The translations under genes and the position numbers were made by a program. A DNA stretch of 32,000 nt, from the NCBI GenBank assembly GCA_045539715.1, contig JAZQFV010000036.1:41992-73991 (forward strand). Reading direction: 5' to 3'. How positions within the stretch are numbered: the first letter of the stretch is position 1; each line of letters opens with the position of its first letter. The DNA is from Ruminococcus sp. (GTDB lineage Bacteria > Bacillota > Clostridia > Oscillospirales > Ruminococcaceae). Below the pieces are notes generated by a model that did not search any database, had not been told where the DNA came from, and saw nothing but the letters and a program-made list of their open reading frames with translations. Positions 17,166 to 24,778 of the stretch are shown piece by piece.

Positions 17166-17552
17166 ATGGAAATCAGCATAAAAAAACCATTTCCTGTAAA
17201 AATCGGAGCAATTATATTGTACTGCGAAAAAATGACATTGCAGACAAAAACTGATATTTCAACAACTCCCACAGTTACAGGAACTCCCTATTATACAAAC
17301 AAATGCCGCAAGCCCACACGAATCTCTTTCACAGGCAGGATTTACGACAAGGAAAATCCAATGATGTATGCGGCTCTTGCAAACAATATCAACGGCACAG
17401 AAAATTATCAGATTATCTATAAAAAATATAAATTCATCAACTGCATAATAACGGGAATAAACGTAATCGACAGCGGCGAGGACTTCATTGAACTTACCAT
17501 AGAAGCCACTACTCTTAATATTTCGTATTTTGTTAGTGAGGTAGAAGAATGA
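17166..17552 (+). CDS. phage structural protein, possibly P2 GpU-like (hub-associated)
   Basis: The ATG abuts the preceding TAA. The product is 128 aa. The segment ISFTGRIYDKENPMMYAALANNINGTENYQIIYKKYKFINCIITGINV..IELTIEATT parallels the F.L.G...L..L...G....I.....G.FVI.S...I.F.L.L layout I recall for about 130-aa GpU-family proteins. Confidence 0.3.
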   Translation: MEISIKKPFPVKIGAIILYCEKMTLQTKTDISTTPTVTGTPYYTNKCRKPTRISFTGRIYDKENPMMYAALANNINGTENYQIIYKKYKFINCIITGINVIDSGEDFIELTIEATTLNISYFVSEVEE

Positions 17553-18472
17553 ATACTTACTGGCTTAAATTTAAATTAAGGGACGGCACGGAACAATATT
17601 ACAACAAGTGCGTTTCCTTTTCCTATGTAAAAGAAGCCTTTACACCCTATACAACGCTGAAAGCTATAGTGTACGGTGATGATATTCCCGACGATATAAC
17701 CGCTGTCAGGTTAGGCGTCGGCGGCTATAATGTACATTACGGTTTCGTGGACAGCTATAAGGTGACGAAAAGAAACGGCGTAACCTGCGGAGTTGCTATA
17801 TCAAGAGGTTTTACTGCCCTGCTTACAGAAAATCAATTGCCGCCGGGAATGTATTCCAATATTACTTTCAACAAGCTTTTTGACGAGTATATAACTTTCC
17901 CCGATATTGAACACGAAAAAAACACACAGAACAGCTATATCTATGTGAAAAAGGGTGCGTCTATGTGGGACGGCATAGCAAACCTCTCATATAAGATTGC
18001 AGGAGTTCATCCGTATATTTCGGGGAATAACTTAGTTAAGATAAGTATGCCGTCAAACCCGAAGAAAATACAATGCAGCAAGCAGCAAGTCATTTCTATC
18101 GGTACGGAAATTATGACAAGGCGAATGGTAAGCAAGTACAATATGGCTGATATTGAAGGGGAATACGGCACATTTTCCGCTGAATCGGAAAAAGCCATTG
18201 AAAGAGGCATTATACGACAGCGGCATTTTGACCTTGACGAAAGATTTCTCAACAATCCCGATTTGGCTTGTCAATACAGAATGATGATGTCGGAGAGGGA
18301 TTACAAACGATATTTCATCACTATTCTTAATTATTTCGGACAGGATATTAATGATATTCTCATAAGTGATGAATTCGGCAGCCGAAGAATAAACGCAATC
18401 AGAATTAACGGCAGCAAAAACGGAATATCTGTTGAAATGAGTATGTATGACAGTTTCCCTCCTGTTGAGTAA
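17549..18472 (+). CDS. phage structural protein, possibly gpD/XkdQ-like baseplate hub
   Basis: It has an ATGA start/stop overlap with the previous gene and encodes 307 aa. The N-terminal beta region contains HYGFVDSY. The C-terminal YFITILNYFGQDINDILISDEFGSRRINAIRINGSKNGISVEMSMY resembles the C-terminal layout of XkdQ/late-control-D-type hub proteins, from memory and not verified. Confidence 0.3.
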   Translation: MNTYWLKFKLRDGTEQYYNKCVSFSYVKEAFTPYTTLKAIVYGDDIPDDITAVRLGVGGYNVHYGFVDSYKVTKRNGVTCGVAISRGFTALLTENQLPPGMYSNITFNKLFDEYITFPDIEHEKNTQNSYIYVKKGASMWDGIANLSYKIAGVHPYISGNNLVKISMPSNPKKIQCSKQQVISIGTEIMTRRMVSKYNMADIEGEYGTFSAESEKAIERGIIRQRHFDLDERFLNNPDLACQYRMMMSERDYKRYFITILNYFGQDINDILISDEFGSRRINAIRINGSKNGISVEMSMYDSFPPVE

Positions 18473-18500
18473 ACCAATGATTTTCTTTGGAATATAATAT

Positions 18501-18534
18501 AAGGGCATCTCTAAATGGTTTTTGAGATGCCCTT
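18501..18534 (+). terminator. 11-bp hairpin closing the phage-derived operon (no U-run)
   Basis: AAGGGCATCTC-taaatggttttt-GAGATGCCCTT lies 29 nt after the last phage ORF and 17 nt before the feoA start codon. Without a 3' U-tract, read-through into feoA is plausible. Confidence 0.4.
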
Positions 18535-18551
18535 AATACAAGGAGGAGATT

Positions 18552-18782
18552 ATGAAATCCGAAAGAAAGCTCAATGATTTAAATGAGGGCGAAAAGGGAA
18601 TTATAGTTTCTGTTATGCCCTCTGATATATCGGAAAGGCTGAAAGAACTTGGATTTACAGCAGGCACATTGGTGGAATGCCGATGCCGCAGTTTTTCAGG
18701 TGACCCCTCGGCTTATTCCGTCAAGGGAACTGTTATAGCCTTACGCAAAAATGACGCTGAAAGCGTCGTTATTAATGCGTAA
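18552..18782 (+). CDS. feoA: FeoA-domain protein (orphan; no feoB in the window)
   Basis: 76-aa ORF with AGGAGG upstream. The pattern L.DL..GEKG.I..V......RL.ELGF..G..V......GDP....V.G..IALR...A..V.I is typical of FeoA/SH3-like domains. Confidence 0.8.
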   Translation: MKSERKLNDLNEGEKGIIVSVMPSDISERLKELGFTAGTLVECRCRSFSGDPSAYSVKGTVIALRKNDAESVVINA

Positions 18783-18807
18783 TTGAATTAAGAATTAAGA
18801 ATTAAAA

Positions 18808-18841
18808 GAACGGTGGAATTTTTTTCTGCCGTTCATTTTTT
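18808..18841 (+). terminator. rho-independent terminator after feoA
   Basis: GAACGGTGG (18808-16) pairs with CTGCCGTTC (18826-34), including two G.U pairs. The loop is 9 nt and ATTTTTT follows. Confidence 0.7.
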
Positions 18842-18884
18842 GTACAATGATATTTTGTAGCCCGTTTTAAATATATCAGCACAC

Positions 18885-18917
18885 AAAAGAAAAGACGGTA
18901 ATCGTTAAGACTACCGC
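18885..18917 (-). terminator. weak terminator after the CPCC gene
   Basis: The - strand reads CGGTA-gtcttaacgat-TACCG followed by TCTTTTCTTTT. The stem is short. Confidence 0.35.
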
Positions 18918-18933
18918 CCACATTTCTTAATTC

Positions 18934-19191
18934 TTAATTAACCTTCTCATCTTCAAGAGGTTCACGGACAAAGGGAAGAAATTCTTCCATACAAGCTCCG
19001 TATTTCTTGTAATTCTCCCTCGCCTCATTAAGGGAAACTCTGTTCGCTCCGTCAGCTAAATCAGGGTCACGATACATTGCTTTATCGTCCTCCCAAAAGC
19101 ATACAGGGCATATGTCATAGCTGCCCTCCTCCCCTAATGTGCGGTTTCCGCAGCAGGGGCAGATGTATTTCTCAATAATTTCCATATCCAT
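18934..19191 (-). CDS. CPCC-family cysteine-rich small protein
   Basis: The 85-aa product has CPCCG..T and CPVCFWEDD motifs characteristic of the Cys-rich CPCC family. Confidence 0.75.
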   Translation of the reverse strand: MDMEIIEKYICPCCGNRTLGEEGSYDICPVCFWEDDKAMYRDPDLADGANRVSLNEARENYKKYGACMEEFLPFVREPLEDEKVN

Positions 19192-19198
19192 TTTTCAC

Positions 19199-19936
19199 CT
19201 ACTTTTTCTGTAAAAATTCTTCGTATCTATCACAGATTTCCTCTGTTTCACCAAAGGCAATCTGTTTTCCCTTTTCAATCCACAGCACCTTTGTCGCCAT
19301 TCGTCTTATCTGTGCAAGGCTGTGTGAAACGAGAAGTGTAGTCGTTCCGCTGTTAATTACTTCAAGCATCTTTGTTTCGCTTTTTACACGGAACGCTCCG
19401 TCACCTACGGAAAGCACCTCGTCAAGTATGAGTATTTCGGGATTTACAAGACAGGCAATTGAAAAAGCAAGTCTTGACCTCATTCCCGAAGAAAGATGAC
19501 TGAATTTTCTTTCCTGAAATTCTTTAAGCTCAGCAAATTCAATTATGCTGTCGTATGTCTGATTCATAAATTTCCTTGTATATCCAAGCAATGCACCACG
19601 GAGAAATGTGTTTTCCCTTACCGTCAAATCTGGGTCAAAGCCTGTTCCAAGTTCAAGAAGTGAGGCAATACTGCCATTTACCGCCATTGTTCCCTTTGTA
19701 GGCCGCATAATTCCCGATATTACCTTGCAGAGAGTGGATTTTCCTGCACCGTTAGTGCCGATAATTCCAAGCAAATCCCCCTCCTCAATAGAAAAGGTAA
19801 TGCCGTCCAATGCCATAAATTCCTTTTGTTCGTATGTGCCTTTAAGCTTTTGAATTATTACATCTTTCAGCCCTGTGGTAGAAAAATCTCCCGTTATATA
19901 AGATACGGAAATATTATTAAGTTCAATTTTCTTCAT
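19199..19936 (-). CDS. tagH: ABC transporter ATP-binding protein, teichoic-acid/polysaccharide export type
   Basis: Walker A is GTNGAGKST, the signature is LSSGMRSRLAF and Walker B is ILILDEVLSVGD. It is paired with an ABC-2 permease and a TagF-like transferase. Confidence 0.8.
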   Translation of the reverse strand: MKKIELNNISVSYITGDFSTTGLKDVIIQKLKGTYEQKEFMALDGITFSIEEGDLLGIIGTNGAGKSTLCKVISGIMRPTKGTMAVNGSIASLLELGTGFDPDLTVRENTFLRGALLGYTRKFMNQTYDSIIEFAELKEFQERKFSHLSSGMRSRLAFSIACLVNPEILILDEVLSVGDGAFRVKSETKMLEVINSGTTTLLVSHSLAQIRRMATKVLWIEKGKQIAFGETEEICDRYEEFLQKK

Positions 19937-19950
19937 TTTTTACCTCCGCA

Positions 19951-20739
19951 TCAGATGTAATACATAAATTTATAATTGTACTTCTTGTAAATCGCCATTC
20001 CGGTTATCAGCATAATCACAGCATAGCCGAAACAAAGAAGGTGATGCCACGCAGGAGGAATTGTTCCCTCAAGTACAATGCTTCGGAAATAAGCTATATA
20101 GCTGTAAACGGGATTTGCAAAAAATAACAGCTGAATTTTTTCGGGATATACGCTTGTTGTATAGAATATTGCTGAAACGTACATAAGCAGCTGTGTGAAA
20201 ATATCATAGAGATACTGCACGTCCTTGAATATTACAAACAATGCCGACAAAATAAATCCCACACCGATATTGAACAAAACAAGACATATAACGGGATAAA
20301 TCAGCAGCAGGAAACTCCACGAAAAGGTTATTCCGTCAATCGCCACGAAAAGGAAATAGATTATCAGCGTCAGCCCGAAATTTATACAGGCTGACACTTC
20401 CTTTGAAATCATAAACAGATATTTAGGCACGTTGATATTCTTGATTATCTCCGCATTCTGCATAAGTGCGTGCATACCGCCGATTGTAGCATCTTTGTAA
20501 AAGGAGAAAATGAGGTTTCCCGAAAACAGATAGATGATATAATGCTCCATATCACTTCCGAAAAATCTCGTAAATACAACCGCCATAACCGCAAGCTGCA
20601 TAAGGGGCGACAGAACACTCCAGAACATACCCAAAACTGTACGCTTATATTTCTTCTTAAAATCACGTTTTACCAGTTCCGAAAAAAGGAACTGATATTT
20701 TTTTATCTGATGAATTTTTTCTTTTATACTTTCTAACAT
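19951..20739 (-). CDS. tagG: ABC-2 type permease, teichoic-acid/polysaccharide export type
   Basis: The 262-aa product has about six hydrophobic spans. The N-terminal LVKRDFKKKYKRTVLGMFWSVLSPL is typical of ABC-2/TagG/Wzm permeases. It lies 14 nt upstream of the ATPase gene. Confidence 0.8.
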   Translation of the reverse strand: MLESIKEKIHQIKKYQFLFSELVKRDFKKKYKRTVLGMFWSVLSPLMQLAVMAVVFTRFFGSDMEHYIIYLFSGNLIFSFYKDATIGGMHALMQNAEIIKNINVPKYLFMISKEVSACINFGLTLIIYFLFVAIDGITFSWSFLLLIYPVICLVLFNIGVGFILSALFVIFKDVQYLYDIFTQLLMYVSAIFYTTSVYPEKIQLLFFANPVYSYIAYFRSIVLEGTIPPAWHHLLCFGYAVIMLITGMAIYKKYNYKFMYYI

Positions 20740-20749
20740 TCTCTGCTCC

Positions 20750-22450
20750 TTAACTTTTATTTTCTCGGACAGAACGGAGATTTTTCAGCGTATCTTCCGA
20801 TTTGTCAGATTTTTCGTAAATATCCATATCAATAAGACGCAGGGAACGATATTGCGGGTCATCGGGATAATCCGCATTGTTTTTATTGCGGCGGTAAACT
20901 CCTGAAATTCTGAAACCTATTTCAAGCTTTCCGTCAGAACCTATATACTCCGCAGGTACGTCAAAAATGAAATGTTTCTTTTTAGTGTCGGTGATTTCAG
21001 CATTGCAGACAGTTCTGCCGTTTGCAAGAACTTTCACGCTGAGTTTTTGCTGTTTTCCTTCAAGAAGCGGCTCATAGTAAAGCTGCATTGAAAATCCCTT
21101 ATCCCACTTAGGCACAAAAAATCTGAGAAAGGCTTTTTTTCGGACAATCCAGCGTCCCTCAAACGTGGGCATTTCAACGCTGTAAACCTCAACTTCGGGA
21201 TACCTCGCAAGGCTTACCGTAGTATTAATCGGCATCTGATAAAGCTTTTTCACATCATTTTTTGCCGCCGAAAGATATTCCAGAAAGCGTTTGCGGAAAT
21301 CTCCGTTATAGTAGAAAAATGCGTCACGTTTTTCCTTTTCATCGGGTTTTAGCTTAAAGCCTGTATTGTGGTAATCCTCCAGCTTATCCACACACTGTTC
21401 AACGGTATCAACAACATTGAAAATATACTTCCTCTTTGAACCGTATGGGTCTGCAAGGTCAGTTTTATGACCGTATTTTATGCAGTCCTCGCCGTCGGGA
21501 ATATTGAGGAATATCGAGGGTTTGTGCTGAAACCACATTTCAAAGCACATTGAGGAATAGTCCGTAATGAGAATTGCCGAACTCTTTTTTGCATCGGCAA
21601 TTTCTTCTTCTTTAAGGATTTTTACGCCCTCAAGAAGTCCGCTTCCGCAAGCCTGCAAAACGCTGTGATGAAGTGCAACTTTCAACGTATAACCGTTTTC
21701 CTCAACGAAATTTTTAAATCGGGGATTTTCAAGAAGTCCCCGTATTGCCTTTACATAAACCGATTCTTTAAGCTCCGATTCCTCCATATAGGCGAGATAA
21801 CGGCGGTGGGTGATATATATGAAAATTGACTTTTCGGAAATGGCATTGTCAGCACTCAGCAAATCCCAGCGGAAAAGACCGTTTATAATGAGATTTTTCT
21901 CCTCATAACAGCCACGTTCCATAAAAATCCGCTTTTCAAAATCGTTGGAAATCATAAGCTTATCAAAGAGAAAAGAGCTGTATGACTCCTGCGAAATGAA
22001 ATCGTCCTTAAAAAAAGTTATGCCGTGCTGGGTGAAAACGGAAAAAACATAGGGACTGCGTTTTACAGCCTCGGTTATTCCAAGACGCAGAGAATGAAGC
22101 ACCTGAAATCCACCGCATATGAATTTCACCGTTTTGAAAAGTTCTTTCAGCACAAGTGCGAATTCTCTGATATTTTCGGGAGAATAAGCAATGATGTTTT
22201 CGCCGTATTCCGCCTTTATTTTTTCATAATCCGCACACTTTTCGTTGATTATATAATAAGGCTCGAAATGCTCTCTGCCGTTTTCGTAAATATACTTGAA
22301 CAACTCAAATTCGTCCTGCGGAGATGTATCCTCCTCTATAATAAAGTCACAGCAGATGACCTTATTCCTCTGCGTTTCAAGCTGCATTGCCATTGCATAG
22401 TCGTGGGCGATAAAACGTCTGAAAATACTGTCAGTTATTTTGCTCAGCAT
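20750..22450 (-). CDS. CDP-glycerol glycerophosphotransferase family protein (TagB/TagF-like) with about 170-aa C-terminal extension
   Basis: The track ORF starts at TTG 22531 with no RBS. ATG 22450 follows GAAAGGAA. The motif LITDYSSMCFEMWFQHKPSIF is the Glyphos_transf signature region. The C-terminal about 170 aa is beta-rich and unassigned. Confidence 0.75.
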   Translation of the reverse strand: MLSKITDSIFRRFIAHDYAMAMQLETQRNKVICCDFIIEEDTSPQDEFELFKYIYENGREHFEPYYIINEKCADYEKIKAEYGENIIAYSPENIREFALVLKELFKTVKFICGGFQVLHSLRLGITEAVKRSPYVFSVFTQHGITFFKDDFISQESYSSFLFDKLMISNDFEKRIFMERGCYEEKNLIINGLFRWDLLSADNAISEKSIFIYITHRRYLAYMEESELKESVYVKAIRGLLENPRFKNFVEENGYTLKVALHHSVLQACGSGLLEGVKILKEEEIADAKKSSAILITDYSSMCFEMWFQHKPSIFLNIPDGEDCIKYGHKTDLADPYGSKRKYIFNVVDTVEQCVDKLEDYHNTGFKLKPDEKEKRDAFFYYNGDFRKRFLEYLSAAKNDVKKLYQMPINTTVSLARYPEVEVYSVEMPTFEGRWIVRKKAFLRFFVPKWDKGFSMQLYYEPLLEGKQQKLSVKVLANGRTVCNAEITDTKKKHFIFDVPAEYIGSDGKLEIGFRISGVYRRNKNNADYPDDPQYRSLRLIDMDIYEKSDKSEDTLKNLRSVRENKS

Positions 22451-22578
22451 TGTCAATTTCCTTTCTATTGCACCGCCAATTATACCTTGCAAAAAAACAA
22501 AAGCAGAAAAATTTACTTTGCTTGACGGCAAGGTTCAGTCGGTTGAGCAATAAATCATTTACCATTATTATCTTCAAT

Positions 22579-22607
22579 ATTATAGCATATATGTGAACTT
22601 ATGTCAA
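22579..22607 (-). promoter_or_regulatory. consensus SigA promoter of the tagF-like/tagGH operon
   Basis: The - strand reads TTGACA (22607-22602), 17 nt, TATAAT (22584-22579). Confidence 0.65.
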
Positions 22608-22672
22608 TATTCATACATATTGAGCATTCTTTTCAAATGATAAGGCAGCCTCCACAATAGGGGCTTATACGC

Positions 22673-22702
22673 AAAAAAGGACGGCAGAATAATCCACCGC
22701 CC
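22673..22702 (-). terminator. rho-independent terminator after the purD-membrane protein unit
   Basis: The - strand reads GGGCGGTGG-attatt-CTGCCGTCC followed by TTTTTT, 13 nt past the stop at 22715. Confidence 0.7.
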
Positions 22703-22714
22703 TTAACTGAAATA

Positions 22715-23467
22715 TCAGTCCTTGATTTTGCCTTTCGCTTTAAGCTTTTCATACTCGGCAAGCATTTCAGCATCTTCCGCTGCCTGCTCCTCTCTTGCCT
22801 TTTCAAGGTCAGCTTCGGTAAATACTTTGTTATCCTCGTCGTTATCATTGAAAAGAGTACTTCCCGAGAACACCATTTCCGATGCCCTGTCGCCGTAGCA
22901 GTCTATTTCAAGCTGACTGCGGTCACGTAAAAATTTCATCATTGCAAATAGAACTGAAAATCCTATCGCACTTGTGATAATACTGAAATAAACTCGTACA
23001 CCGTAAAGGTTGCCCACCATACCTGCAACTATAAGAGTAAAACATGCTCCTATGACAATTTCCCATTTCACATTATCGGGGTCAAGCTGTAAAAATGCAA
23101 ATGCCGCAAATCCCGATACAGCAGCGTGTACAATTGCAAGAGCCAATGAATGGGGCTGATACGCTTCAATTCTGTATGCATTAAGTTCCAGAAACATCAT
23201 TATTACTTCAAGGAATATGTAAATCGTGAAGCTTATTTTCAGCATCCGCCTTAAACGTATGCTCTTTATAAAAAGCCAGTCAGCATAAAGCAGCAGACCA
23301 AATCCTGCAAACTCCGCAGCATATGCCACAGCTTCAAGCAATTTTGAAAAAAAGCTTTCGGGATTGTATGTTTTATAATACAACAGACATATCAGACCAA
23401 AGGCAACAAAAAGCAGATTACCTATAAGTCCGAAAAATATGCCCTTAGTCAGTTTTTCCTGCTGCAT
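22715..23467 (-). CDS. multi-pass membrane protein of unknown function with acidic/Lys-rich C-terminal tail
   Basis: The 250-aa product has about six hydrophobic segments and the tail EADLEKAREEQAAEDAEMLAEYEKLKAKGKIKD. Its start lies 9 nt downstream of the purD stop. Confidence 0.6.
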   Translation of the reverse strand: MQQEKLTKGIFFGLIGNLLFVAFGLICLLYYKTYNPESFFSKLLEAVAYAAEFAGFGLLLYADWLFIKSIRLRRMLKISFTIYIFLEVIMMFLELNAYRIEAYQPHSLALAIVHAAVSGFAAFAFLQLDPDNVKWEIVIGACFTLIVAGMVGNLYGVRVYFSIITSAIGFSVLFAMMKFLRDRSQLEIDCYGDRASEMVFSGSTLFNDNDEDNKVFTEADLEKAREEQAAEDAEMLAEYEKLKAKGKIKD

Positions 23468-23476
23468 AAGCCCTCC

Positions 23477-24757
23477 TTAGCTGTTGAGAGCCTTATGACC
23501 AATGTCCTTGCGGTAATGAGCACCCTCGAAGCTGATGCCCTCAACGCCCTTGTAAGCAATGTCAAGAGCCTCACGGAGGTCATTGCCCTTTGCAGTTACA
23601 CCGATAACTCTGCCGCCGTTGGTGAGGAATTCGCCATTGTCAGAAAGCTTAGTTCCTGCGTGATATACAAAGCAGTTTTCAACCTGTCCCATATCGTCAA
23701 AGCCGTTCATTACAATGCCCTTGGGGTAGCTTTCGGGATAGCCGCCGCTTGCCATAACTACGCAGGCACAAGCACCATTGTGCCACTTTACATCAACCTT
23801 ATCAAGTTCGTGGTTGTAAATAGCCTCGAAAATCTCGTAAAGGTCAGCGTCAAGCATAGGAAGAACAACCTGTGTTTCTGGGTCACCGAATCGGCAGTTG
23901 TACTCGATTACCTTTGGTCCCTTTGGAGTAATCATAAGTCCGAAGTAAAGACAGCCCTCGAATGTGCGTCCCTCGGAGTTCATAGCGTTCATTGTGGGAA
24001 TGAAAATCTTCTCCATGCACTCCTTTGCAAGTTCCTCTGTATAGCAGGGATTGGGAGAAATTGTACCCATACCGCCTGTGTTAAGTCCCTTATCGCCGTC
24101 CAATGCACGTTTGTGGTCCATTGAGGAAATCATAGGAATCATTGTCTTGCCGTCTGTGAATGAGAGAACTGAAACCTCGGGACCTGTGAGGTATTCTTCA
24201 ATAACAATTCTTGCGGAACTCTTGCCGAATTTCAAATCGTCAATCATATCGTGAACAGCCTGTACAGCTTCTTCCTCGTTCTGAGCGATAATAACGCCCT
24301 TTCCGAGAGCAAGTCCGTCAGCCTTGATAACTGCGGGGTAGCTGTTCTGCTCTTTGAGATATGCAATAGCCTTGTCGGACTCTGTGAATACCTCATAGAA
24401 AGCTGTGGGGATATTGTACTTCTTCATAAGCTCCTTTGAGAATACCTTTGAACCCTCGATAATAGCAGCATTTGCCTTTGGACCAAATGTCATAAAGCCC
24501 TCAGCCTGCAATGCGTCAACCATTCCGAGAACAAGTGGGTCATCGGGAGCAACTACTACCATATCGGGTTTAAGCTCCTTAGCAAGAGCAACTACGCCCT
24601 CAATATCGGTTGCACCTACGTTGAAGCACTCCGCATATTTAGATATACCGCCATTGCCTGGGGTACAGTAAATCTTGTCTACCTGCTTGCTCTCTGCAAG
24701 CTTCATAATAATTGCGTGTTCACGACCGCCGCCGCCAATTACAAGTACATTCTTCAT
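23477..24757 (-). CDS. purD: phosphoribosylamine-glycine ligase
   Basis: 426 aa. The N-terminus MKNVLVIGGGGREHAI and ATP-grasp segments such as VIKADGLALGKGV and EEYL.GPE.S match PurD throughout. Confidence 0.92.
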   Translation of the reverse strand: MKNVLVIGGGGREHAIIMKLAESKQVDKIYCTPGNGGISKYAECFNVGATDIEGVVALAKELKPDMVVVAPDDPLVLGMVDALQAEGFMTFGPKANAAIIEGSKVFSKELMKKYNIPTAFYEVFTESDKAIAYLKEQNSYPAVIKADGLALGKGVIIAQNEEEAVQAVHDMIDDLKFGKSSARIVIEEYLTGPEVSVLSFTDGKTMIPMISSMDHKRALDGDKGLNTGGMGTISPNPCYTEELAKECMEKIFIPTMNAMNSEGRTFEGCLYFGLMITPKGPKVIEYNCRFGDPETQVVLPMLDADLYEIFEAIYNHELDKVDVKWHNGACACVVMASGGYPESYPKGIVMNGFDDMGQVENCFVYHAGTKLSDNGEFLTNGGRVIGVTAKGNDLREALDIAYKGVEGISFEGAHYRKDIGHKALNS

Positions 24758-24778
24758 TGGTTTTTCCTCCTTTTGGGG

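Noticed and set aside
23495-24124. 209-aa + strand ORF antisense to purD (and similar ORFs at 24051-24875)
   Set aside because: It is embedded in a highly conserved purD frame, with no translation signals and low-complexity content. It is a typical shadow ORF.
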